In this document: one piece after another, positions 1 through 7,671 of the stretch
Layout: each line of letters opens with the position of its first letter
Numbering within the stretch: the first letter of the stretch is position 1
Origin: Helicobacteraceae bacterium UBA6016
GTDB taxonomy: Bacteria; Campylobacterota; Campylobacteria; Campylobacterales; UBA6016
Length of the DNA: 38,296 nt
Assembly (NCBI GenBank): GCA_002428055.1
Contig: DIZY01000100.1
Span: forward strand, 1,163-39,458
Direction: 5' to 3'
The notes under the pieces: model-generated
Databases searched by the model: none
The model's input: only the letters and a program-made list of their open reading frames with translations
Told to the model about the DNA's origin: nothing
Translations under genes and position numbers: made by a program

Positions 1-63
1 AACGCTACATGAGATAAAAGATATATTGCTTCCAAAAATCAAAGAAGCGTTGGACTTGTAGCG

Positions 64-1014
64 ATGTGGCATGATTTGGTTTCACGGCTAGTTTACGGTT
101 TTTTTGGGATGACACAGGGGGAGCGGCTGACTGAAGCTCTTCATTTTTTCATTTATGACACGGGTAAGATATTTTTCCTTCTGCTTGTCATTATATTTGC
201 CGTTACGCTGCTTCGTTCATACTTCAAGCTTGAGAAAGTGCGCTATTTTCTAGCGGGCAAAAAAGAGATTACGGGCAATATCTTAGCCTCCTTGCTTGGT
301 ATTGTTACCCCCTTTTGTTCATGCTCTGCAATTCCTCTTTTTCTGGGTTTTTTGCAGGCTCGTATACCGCTTGGAGTGACGCTTAGCTTTTTGATTTCGG
401 CGCCTATGAACAACGAGATAGCCATAGCAATGCTTTTTGGGCTTTTCGGATGGAAGATAGCGGGGCTTTATATCGCTTTTGGTCTGTTCGTTTCCATAAC
501 GGCAGGCTTTATACTCGGCAAAATGAATTTGGAAAAATATATTTTGTTAAAAGTCGAGCCGATAGAGATTGAGGGTGCTTTTGAGGATGAAAAAATTCCG
601 TTTTCCGCTCGCACCAAAGAGAGCTGGGAGTATACGAGAGATTTGATACGAAAGATTTGGCTCTATGTCGTCATCGGTATAGCAGTCGGGGGTTTCATAC
701 ACGGATATGTGCCGACGGAGTTTATTGCGACCTATGCGGGCGGCAGAGATTGGTATAGCGTACCTTTGGCGGTACTTATCGGCATACCGATGTACTCGAA
801 TGCGGCCGGCATTATTCCACTTGTCGAGGTGCTTACTTCAAAAGGTATGGCAATGGGAACGGCGCTGGCTTTTATGATGAGTGTTATCGCCATCAGTCCA
901 CCTGAGGCGATTATCCTAAAAAGGGTGCTACATGTGCGACTGATTACGATATACTTTTCGATAGTAGCCGTCGGTATAGTCGGGGTAGGCTATATATTTA
1001 ACGCTGTTTTATAG
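64..1014 (+). CDS. DUF318/ArsP-like putative permease (multi-pass membrane protein with CxC motif)
   Basis: 316-aa ORF that is hydrophobic throughout. It carries the signature TPFCSCSAIP, typical of the permease family usually paired with small thioredoxin-like proteins. The ATG lies 2 nt after an upstream in-frame stop. Confidence 0.75.
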   Translation: MWHDLVSRLVYGFFGMTQGERLTEALHFFIYDTGKIFFLLLVIIFAVTLLRSYFKLEKVRYFLAGKKEITGNILASLLGIVTPFCSCSAIPLFLGFLQARIPLGVTLSFLISAPMNNEIAIAMLFGLFGWKIAGLYIAFGLFVSITAGFILGKMNLEKYILLKVEPIEIEGAFEDEKIPFSARTKESWEYTRDLIRKIWLYVVIGIAVGGFIHGYVPTEFIATYAGGRDWYSVPLAVLIGIPMYSNAAGIIPLVEVLTSKGMAMGTALAFMMSVIAISPPEAIILKRVLHVRLITIYFSIVAVGIVGVGYIFNAVL

Positions 1015-1024
1015 GGAGATTATT

Positions 1025-1255
1025 ATGAAGATAGAGATATTGGGTACGGGATGCTCAAAATGCAAAACTTTGTTTGAAGTCACAAAAGAGGCAGTGGCAA
1101 AAAGTGGCAAATTTGCCCAGATAGAAAAAATAGAAGACCCCGTGGAGATAATGAATAGAGGCGTTATGAGCACACCCGCTTTGATGATTGACGGTAAGGT
1201 GATAATGAGCGGCAGAGTCCCTAGCGTACAAGAAGTGCAAGAATTTTTAAAATAG
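1025..1255 (+). CDS. Small thioredoxin-fold redox-active disulfide protein (TM0979 / redox-active disulfide protein 2 type)
   Basis: 76 aa. N-terminus MKIEILGTGCSKCKTL has a CxxC motif, and MSTPALMIDGKV lies near the C-terminus. A GGGAG Shine-Dalgarno sits 6-7 nt before the ATG. The gene starts 10 nt after the permease stop. Confidence 0.85.
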   Translation: MKIEILGTGCSKCKTLFEVTKEAVAKSGKFAQIEKIEDPVEIMNRGVMSTPALMIDGKVIMSGRVPSVQEVQEFLK

Positions 1256-1262
1256 GCTTTTT

Positions 1263-2219
1263 ATGTTCTCTTTTAAAAACATGAGCGCAAACGAGCGCCG
1301 TATCTTGTTGGTTATAGCGCTAAATATTGTTATAGTTGCCGTAGAGAGTGTGGCTGGGGTTATTAGCGGCTCTTTGGCGCTCATCTCTGACGCATGGCAC
1401 AATCTAAGCGATGTAATGGCTCTCGTGGTAACAGCCGTTGCTATCTCTTTTTCAGCTAGAGAGGCTAATGAGAGTATGTCGTATGGATTTGTGCGCTCCG
1501 AGATGATGGCCTCTTTTATAAACTCTGTTTTTTTGACTATTCTTATGATTTGGGTCGGCGTAGAGGCGATAGATAGGCTGCTTCACCCCGTTGCGGTCAA
1601 CGGAGCGGTTACGATGGTTACCGCTTTTGCGGCTCTTGTCGTGAATACAGCGAGCGCATTCGTGCTTGGCGGACATTCGCATCATGGACACTCTCATGAA
1701 CATGCAGAGGAGGGGCATACCGATTTGAATGTGACAAGCGCTTTTTGGCACATGGCGAGCGATGCGGCTCTCTCTTTTGCCGTAGTGCTTGGCGGGGCGG
1801 CAATGATGATATGGGGGATTAGTTGGTTGGATTCGCTACTCTCTTTGGTGTTTGTAGCCGTAGTGTTGCGTGCATCGTATGGGATATTGAAAACATCGTT
1901 TTTATCTCTTATGGACAAAAGTGATCCAAAAAAACTTACAAAACTAAAATCGCTAATTTTGGAAAATCCAAATGTCAAAGAACTACACGACATTCACCTG
2001 AGCTACCCGTCAAGCAACGAAAGATATTTTTCGGCGCATATCGTACTTGACGAAAATATGAGCCTAAAGGAGGTTGAGGGAGTGATAGAGGATTTACGAC
2101 ATAAGCTTGGACACGAAGGAGTGACGCATCTTATGCTTCAGCCTGAAACATCAAAATACGCAAGCAACGGCGGGGGCTCTTTTTGTGACCCTCATACCGG
2201 ATGCGGACATAGTCATTAA
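1263..2219 (+). CDS. Cation diffusion facilitator (CzcD/ZitB-like divalent metal efflux transporter)
   Basis: 318 aa with six predicted TM helices. It has the CDF signature SLALISDAWHNLSDV, a His-rich loop HSHHGHSHEHAEEGH, a cytoplasmic C-terminal domain and a CGHSH tail. Confidence 0.9.
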   Translation: MFSFKNMSANERRILLVIALNIVIVAVESVAGVISGSLALISDAWHNLSDVMALVVTAVAISFSAREANESMSYGFVRSEMMASFINSVFLTILMIWVGVEAIDRLLHPVAVNGAVTMVTAFAALVVNTASAFVLGGHSHHGHSHEHAEEGHTDLNVTSAFWHMASDAALSFAVVLGGAAMMIWGISWLDSLLSLVFVAVVLRASYGILKTSFLSLMDKSDPKKLTKLKSLILENPNVKELHDIHLSYPSSNERYFSAHIVLDENMSLKEVEGVIEDLRHKLGHEGVTHLMLQPETSKYASNGGGSFCDPHTGCGHSH

Positions 2220-2231
2220 AATGAGTGCTAT

Positions 2232-2378
2232 ATGTCTTGGTTGATATCCGGAATTTTCGGTATCGGCGGTGGGGTCGTACTGCTTCCGCCGGTCGGTATT
2301 GCGGCGGCATTGGAGTATTATAGGCACGGTAATGTGGATTTTAAAGTTGCACTGATTGTTGCGAGCGGGAGCCATTAA
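2232..2378 (+). pseudogene. Remnant of a TauE/SafE-family (sulfite exporter-like) membrane protein gene
   Basis: A 48-codon ORF, below the ORF-track cutoff, reads MSWLISGIFGIGGGVVLLPPVGIAAALEYYRHGNVDFKVALIVASGSH. GIGGGxxxxP and the Y-R-x-G-N-V-D-x-K stretch are TauE hallmarks. Only about one fifth of a full-length protein is present. Confidence 0.4.
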
Positions 2379-2381
2379 GTA

Positions 2382-3026
2382 GTGACAAAACCGGAAAAAC
2401 GACCTGTTTGGGATTTGCCGACCCGTATTTTTCACTGGGGGATTGCTCTTAGCGTCTTTTTATCGATGCTGATAGTTTACGGCAAAAAGTATCTTACTAT
2501 TCACATTATTTTTGGTATTTTGGCTTTTGGGCTCATTGTCGGCAGAATAATGTGGGGTATTGTTGGAACAAAATATGTCCGTTTTTCGGCATTCGTCAAA
2601 AGCATAAGCGAGGCAAAACAGGAGTTTGCCATATTGGATAGCCAAGCACACTCTCACTCCGTCGGACACCCTGCCATCGCCGGATGGGTAATGCTTGTTT
2701 TGATGTTTTGCGCTCTTTGCGTTGGCGTTAGCGGATTGTGGCTTTGGCTATTTACGGACACCGTGTCAAAAGAGAGTGCATCGCATATTCACGAAGTATT
2801 TGCAAACACGCTTTTGGCTATCGCTTTTGTCCATATTCAAGGGGTAGTGCTCCATATATTTTTGCACAGAGACGGTATAGTGCGCGGAATGATAGACGGT
2901 AAGCGACCCGCATACGAGCATGAACAGATAGGCAAGCTAGGTTTTTGGCAAAAGAGCGTTGCATTTGTATGGTTTTTTGGCTCCGGTGCGGCGGCTTTGT
3001 GGACGATTACGGTTTTACGGGGGTAG
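2382..3026 (+). CDS. Cytochrome b561 / Ni-Fe-hydrogenase b-type cytochrome family membrane protein
   Basis: 214 aa with a GTG start. The N-terminal motif VWDLPTRIFHWGIAL is characteristic of prokaryotic cytochrome b561-like proteins. There are four TM helices with candidate heme-ligand His residues (FHW, HIHEVF, FVHIQGVVLH). Confidence 0.7.
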   Translation: MTKPEKRPVWDLPTRIFHWGIALSVFLSMLIVYGKKYLTIHIIFGILAFGLIVGRIMWGIVGTKYVRFSAFVKSISEAKQEFAILDSQAHSHSVGHPAIAGWVMLVLMFCALCVGVSGLWLWLFTDTVSKESASHIHEVFANTLLAIAFVHIQGVVLHIFLHRDGIVRGMIDGKRPAYEHEQIGKLGFWQKSVAFVWFFGSGAAALWTITVLRG

Positions 3027-3030
3027 ATTT

Positions 3031-3714
3031 ATGCAAGAAGAGTATTTTGTTAGACAGTATGCGCTATGGGGTGAGGAGTGTCAAGAAAGGTTAAAAACAA
3101 AGCGGATAGCGATAATCGGATGCGGGGGGCTTGGCTCAACTCTTGCTATTACTCTAGGCTCCAGCGGTATCGGAACGATACATCTCGTGGATTTCGACAC
3201 TGTAAGCCTGCATAATATCCATCGGCAGATAGCCTTTCGATTGGGTGATGAGGGAAAATACAAAGCGGGTGTGGTAGGTGAGCTGTTAAAAAGCAGATAT
3301 GGCGGCGTAGATGTAAATGTCCATACCGTACCGTTTGATGAGTTCGCAAAAAAAGAGATAGAGACAGACCTGCTCATAGACGCTACCGACAATCTGCCGA
3401 GCCGTACGGCGCTAGAAGAGTACGCAAAAGCGCACAATATCCCGTGGATTTACGCATCGGTAGAGGCGTGGCACGGGCAGGTTTGCCTATTTGAGAAGTC
3501 CGAATATGCGAAGTCGATGGTAATAAATGATAGAAAGCCGGAGGGCATTGCCCCGCCGATAGTTGCTTTTATCGCTTCTTTTGAGGCAAATTTGGCGCTT
3601 CGATATTTAGCGGGGCTTCCCGTGGCGGCGGATACTCTTAACTACCTCTATTTTGACGCAAATGGACAGCTAAACCACAAAAAATTTGGGATGCCTGCAA
3701 GGCAAGAAGCATAG
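3031..3714 (+). CDS. ThiF/MoeB/HesA-family adenylyltransferase (E1-like)
   Basis: I take the ATG at 3031 (MQEEYFVRQY), because the longer ORF from 2959 overlaps the cytochrome b gene. The protein has the Rossmann/ATP loop IAIIGCGGLGS, then HLVDFDTVSLHNIHRQ and DATDNLPSR. It lacks the paired CxxC zinc motifs seen in E. coli ThiF/MoeB. Confidence 0.8.
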   Translation: MQEEYFVRQYALWGEECQERLKTKRIAIIGCGGLGSTLAITLGSSGIGTIHLVDFDTVSLHNIHRQIAFRLGDEGKYKAGVVGELLKSRYGGVDVNVHTVPFDEFAKKEIETDLLIDATDNLPSRTALEEYAKAHNIPWIYASVEAWHGQVCLFEKSEYAKSMVINDRKPEGIAPPIVAFIASFEANLALRYLAGLPVAADTLNYLYFDANGQLNHKKFGMPARQEA

Positions 3715-3731
3715 ATATATTGTTTTTCTAT

Positions 3732-4136
3732 TTATGGTTTGCATGAAGTATGGGGAGAGCTACACAACCATGCGCTTATTACATCCGCAAACTGGTTAAC
3801 ATCTAAAGGTTTGTTGAAAACTTTGACATGGAGACTGGAAAGGTCGTCCGTGTATTCTGCGGTATGAGCGGTGATGGCTATAACTGGAATTTCATTTGAT
3901 GAAACCCCTCTGATAGCCTTCACAAGCTCTATGCCGTTCATAATAGGCATAGTTATATCGGTTATAACCAAATCTATATCATCTTTGTTTTGTAAATAAT
4001 AATCCAATGCCAACTGACCATTAGCAAAGTGCTCAACACCGCCAAATAGTCTTTTGAATATTTTATGCATGCTGAAAGCTACATCCAAGTCATCTTCAGC
4101 ATAAATTACATTTAAGTTTTTAGTTGCGTTCGTCAT
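3732..4136 (-). CDS. Stand-alone response-regulator receiver protein (CheY-like)
   Basis: 134 aa. The canonical receiver residues are all present: acidic pair in VIYAEDD, phospho-acceptor in LVITDITMP, Thr in IAITAH and Lys in FNKPL. There is no output domain. Confidence 0.85.
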   Translation of the reverse strand: MTNATKNLNVIYAEDDLDVAFSMHKIFKRLFGGVEHFANGQLALDYYLQNKDDIDLVITDITMPIMNGIELVKAIRGVSSNEIPVIAITAHTAEYTDDLSSLHVKVFNKPLDVNQFADVISAWLCSSPHTSCKP

Positions 4137-4272
4137 GTATGATAGCGCCCGATTCCTTCCACTTCATCTTGCTTGTTGACTCATAAAGAATAAAATTTAT
4201 ATTTTGTGCCAAAGGCATCTTGCGATAATAGCAGAGAGCCGTTGCAAATGGGTTTATTTTGTGGACATACAT

Positions 4273-6852
4273 TCAGGGTAGCTCCACAACAAACTTGGCC
4301 CCATTCTCGCTATTGCTCACACTTAGCCTGCCATGCAGACTCTCTTCGACAATTTGTTTTGACATATAAAGACCTATGCCGGTGCCTTTTCCTTCTTCTT
4401 TTGTGGTAAAGTATGAATCGAATACCTTATCTATAATCTCATCAGGAATTCCTCCAGCAGAGTCCTCTATAACAATCGCCAGCCCGGCGTCATTTTGAGC
4501 TATATCTATCTTGATGAATGGATTTTTTGGTTTCTTTTCAAACAATGCATCCTTTGCATTTGCCAAGATATTTAAAAGCACCTGTTTGAGCTCGTTTTTA
4601 TAACAGACATATTGGTGCTTATTTGTCTTTTCGTTACTAAATAATACTTGTATGCCATGTACTGCTAGTTGCGACCCTAATATCTGTAAGGTTTCATTTA
4701 TTGCATCCTCAAGAAAGAACTGCTCAGCTTTTTTATTTGGCGAAAAGAAGTTTTTGAAATCCTCCATAGTCGCGGACATATTACTTATCTTGCTCATTGC
4801 ATTATTTTTAAAATCATCCAGATATTTTTCGTTCAACTCTCCAAACATGTATGCAAGTGGAACATCTTGGACTATAAGCCCCAGCGAATTTAGAGGCTGA
4901 CGCCACTGGTGGGCTATGGCGCCTATCATCTCCCCCATCATTGCCATTTTTGATTGTTGTATGAGGAGTTTTTCTTTCTGTAGACTCTTCTGTGTCTCTG
5001 CTTTGACCATCTCATTTAGATGTCTATTGATTGACCTCAAATCTTCCTCTAGCCTGACCCGTTCGGTAATATCAACGCCAACTGTCACCAAATGCGTCAT
5101 TTTGCCTTGCTCATCAGTTATTATCGAGTTGAACCAATCAAACAATCTAGTCTCGCCGCTTTTTGCGACCCAGTAGTTTTCATATCTATGTTTTATTTTG
5201 CCCTCTTTTGCTAGGGCGAACAACTCATCAACACCGGAATGCTGTTCGGGCTTGAGCAGTTTGGTCCACTCCATTGGACCTACTATCTCATCTTTTGCGT
5301 ATCCGGTAAAATCCTGGGCGTATTTATTAAACTTTATCATAGAGCCATTTTTGTCTATAACAGCCATGATAGAGCCGGCAGTGTCAAGGATCATATTTAC
5401 AAAATTTCTCTCTTCTCTAAGCGCCAGTTCTGCAGCTTTTTTGTCTGTTATGTCGGTATGAGAGCCGACCATTCGCACTGGGCTACCATCATTATCACGG
5501 GCTACAATCATACCCCTAGCAAGTACCCATTTGTAGGAACCGTCTTTGCATTTGACTCTATGTTCGTTTATGTAGACATCCTTTTTGCCTTCGATATGCT
5601 CTGTTGTATCTGTATATACTTGCTCCAAATCATCGGGATGGACTCTGCTTTTCCACTCATCCAAGGTTGCTCTTAGCTCGTCTTCTCGAAACCCGAGCAT
5701 CTCTTTCCATCTTTTTGAAAAGTAAATCTCGTCTGTCTTCATATTCCAATCCCAAAGACCATCTCCCGCCCCTTCAAGGGCATATCTGAGTCTCTCTTCC
5801 GAAGCTGATAATTTTGCAGTCATCTCTTGTGCGATCTCTTCCGCCCTCTGACGCATGACTATCAAAGATTGCATCAAGGCAAACATAGCGAGGCTCAAAA
5901 GCAATCCGCCTACAAGTATTATCGAGTGCTTATTGCCGTCAGCCTCGTCGGCAAAAGATTTCAATGCGCTAAAGCATAAAACCCAGTTGCGCCCACCTAT
6001 GGTTAATTTGGTCTGAGATGTCAAAGCGCTTGTTGCGCCCTTAAATTCAGGGTGGGAATCAAACAGGAGGCTCTTTTCGCCAATTGCATCTCCGTCATAT
6101 ATCTCAAAGTCAATTGCAGAAACTCTATTTCCAATGACGCCGTTCATCAAATCATTTACCCTAAAAGGAGCATAGACAAATCCTTGTATCGCCGCAAATC
6201 TCTCTTCTTTGGTGTTTATCAGAGCGCCCGCTTTGTATACCGGCACATATATCAAAAAGCCGGATTGTTCGTTGATGCTATTTTCTTGTTTTAGCCGCAC
6301 CTTTCCCGACATTGCAGGCTCCCCGCTATCTATAGCCCTGCTCATCGCCTCATTTCTGACTTTTTCTGAAAACATGTCATAGCCAAATGCTCTTTTATTG
6401 CGGTCATTGAACGGTTCAAGGTAGATGATTGAGGTGTACAGCTCTCTTTGTCCATCTGGTTTTATATCATAATTTACAAACCCCTCCTTCCTTAGAGCAT
6501 TAACATGCGCATCTTTTTCAAATGCTCTGACGACAACACTATAGCCCACGCCTTGGATACCAGGAAAAGTAGTCTCAATTTTTTGCGCCGAAACAAATTG
6601 TCTCCAGTCGTCACGAGTCGCCTTTTCTAAGGTGTAAAAGAGTCCTGCCCCGCCAAGCAAAACTTGTTTGTATGCATCCATACGATTTTGCACAAGAAGC
6701 GTCATCTGATTGACGGTTATCTCAAAGCGAACTCTTTCGCGTTCAACTTGCGTCTGATATGTGTAGAAAGATACCAAAATACTAAACATCACTCCAGCCA
6801 ATAAAACCAAATAGGCGGAACTTTTGTTTATGTTGAGTTTAAATCTTTTCAT
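4273..6852 (-). CDS. Sensor histidine kinase with periplasmic CHASE domain, two PAS domains, HisKA and HATPase domains
   Basis: 859 aa. An N-terminal TM helix is followed by a CHASE-like segment (IIYLEPFNDRNKRAFGYDMFSEKVRNEAMSRAIDSGEPAMSGKVRLKQE...GFLIYVPVY) and a second TM helix. Two PAS blocks follow (GDGLWDWNMKTDEIYFSKRW; ILDTAGSIMAVIDKNGSMIKFN). The H-box is IAHQWRQPLN and the ATP-binding boxes are NILANAKDA, IEDSAGGI and GTGIGLYMS. An AAGGA RBS precedes the start. Confidence 0.9.
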   Translation of the reverse strand: MKRFKLNINKSSAYLVLLAGVMFSILVSFYTYQTQVERERVRFEITVNQMTLLVQNRMDAYKQVLLGGAGLFYTLEKATRDDWRQFVSAQKIETTFPGIQGVGYSVVVRAFEKDAHVNALRKEGFVNYDIKPDGQRELYTSIIYLEPFNDRNKRAFGYDMFSEKVRNEAMSRAIDSGEPAMSGKVRLKQENSINEQSGFLIYVPVYKAGALINTKEERFAAIQGFVYAPFRVNDLMNGVIGNRVSAIDFEIYDGDAIGEKSLLFDSHPEFKGATSALTSQTKLTIGGRNWVLCFSALKSFADEADGNKHSIILVGGLLLSLAMFALMQSLIVMRQRAEEIAQEMTAKLSASEERLRYALEGAGDGLWDWNMKTDEIYFSKRWKEMLGFREDELRATLDEWKSRVHPDDLEQVYTDTTEHIEGKKDVYINEHRVKCKDGSYKWVLARGMIVARDNDGSPVRMVGSHTDITDKKAAELALREERNFVNMILDTAGSIMAVIDKNGSMIKFNKYAQDFTGYAKDEIVGPMEWTKLLKPEQHSGVDELFALAKEGKIKHRYENYWVAKSGETRLFDWFNSIITDEQGKMTHLVTVGVDITERVRLEEDLRSINRHLNEMVKAETQKSLQKEKLLIQQSKMAMMGEMIGAIAHQWRQPLNSLGLIVQDVPLAYMFGELNEKYLDDFKNNAMSKISNMSATMEDFKNFFSPNKKAEQFFLEDAINETLQILGSQLAVHGIQVLFSNEKTNKHQYVCYKNELKQVLLNILANAKDALFEKKPKNPFIKIDIAQNDAGLAIVIEDSAGGIPDEIIDKVFDSYFTTKEEGKGTGIGLYMSKQIVEESLHGRLSVSNSENGAKFVVELP

Positions 6853-6884
6853 ATACCTTATCCTTGAGCTCTTGTGAAATCTAT

Positions 6885-7607
6885 CTACTTTTCAAATTTT
6901 AAACTATATCCATAGTTGCTATCCGATGCAACCGCTTCAAAACCAATTTTTTCTCGTAGCCGCTTAATAAAGCTTCTTACGGTGGAGCTTGCAATATCTT
7001 TATCTTCCCATACGCACGACTTGATAAAATCCATATCTTTGATACTCTTATCTTCGGCCAAACAAAGGATTAGCTGTACCTCTCTCTTTGTAAGCGTAAT
7101 ATTTGAACCATTTTTAGACAAAACTTTGGTCTTTGTGTTAAATATGGAGCCGCCACTAAGATACAAGATGCACTGCTCTTCATCTAAGTACTTATCAATG
7201 CAGTGTAAAAACCTAAAAAGTAGTTCGTTGATTTCTATTGGCTTAAGTTGGTAGTCGGATATATTAAGCGTTACAAGCTGCCGGAGTATGCCAATGTCGT
7301 TTTCGCCGGTCATAACCACTATCGGTATTTGTTTATCATGCGACCTTATATGCCTTATGAATTCTACTCCGCAACCAGCCGGCATATGTATATCTGTCAG
7401 AATAATATCTATAGACTCTGAATCAAATATATTTTTAGCGTCTCTACCATTTGTGCATACATAGACATTTGCGAAGAATTTAACAAGAGTATTCTCAAGA
7501 AGCTTCAAATCTTCAATATTATCCTCGGCAACCAACAAGGAATATTTGCTGAGCCGATCTACTAGCTTGTCAAATGACATACCCATTTTTTGCAGATTCT
7601 CCTTCAA
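6885..7607 (-). CDS. OmpR/PhoB-type response regulator (receiver plus winged-helix DNA-binding domain)
   Basis: 240 aa. The receiver has LLVAEDN, IILTDIHMP, VVMTG and YQLKP. The C-terminal segment LTKREVQLILCLAEDK...STVRSFIKRLREKIG...GYSLKF matches the trans_reg_C pattern. Confidence 0.85.
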   Translation of the reverse strand: MKENLQKMGMSFDKLVDRLSKYSLLVAEDNIEDLKLLENTLVKFFANVYVCTNGRDAKNIFDSESIDIILTDIHMPAGCGVEFIRHIRSHDKQIPIVVMTGENDIGILRQLVTLNISDYQLKPIEINELLFRFLHCIDKYLDEEQCILYLSGGSIFNTKTKVLSKNGSNITLTKREVQLILCLAEDKSIKDMDFIKSCVWEDKDIASSTVRSFIKRLREKIGFEAVASDSNYGYSLKFEK

Positions 7608-7671
7608 TGTTTGAAATACGCTAACAATGCTAGCTAAATCTTACAGAAACAATAAACGCAAATGCTTGGTT

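Noticed and set aside
1-61. An open frame running off the left edge (…TLHEIKDILLPKIKEALDL, stop at 59-61), possibly the end of an ArsR-like regulator
   Set aside because: Only 19 codons are visible and they hold no diagnostic motif. That is too little to call as a feature.
2959-3030. A longer ThiF ORF starting at 2959
   Set aside because: It overlaps the 3' end of the cytochrome b gene by 68 nt and adds an Arg/Cys-rich non-homologous leader. The ATG at 3031 gives a normal ThiF N-terminus.
4187-4211. A sigma54-like TGGCAC on the minus strand upstream of the stand-alone receiver gene
   Set aside because: The minus strand reads TGGCAC-AAAAT-ATAA. The obligatory -12 GC (TTGC) is absent at the required spacing.
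4206-4409. A 67-aa plus-strand ORF spanning the HK/receiver intergenic region and the HK 3' end
   Set aside because: Most of it overlaps the kinase gene in antisense. It has no RBS, and its Cys/Leu-rich sequence has no motifs.
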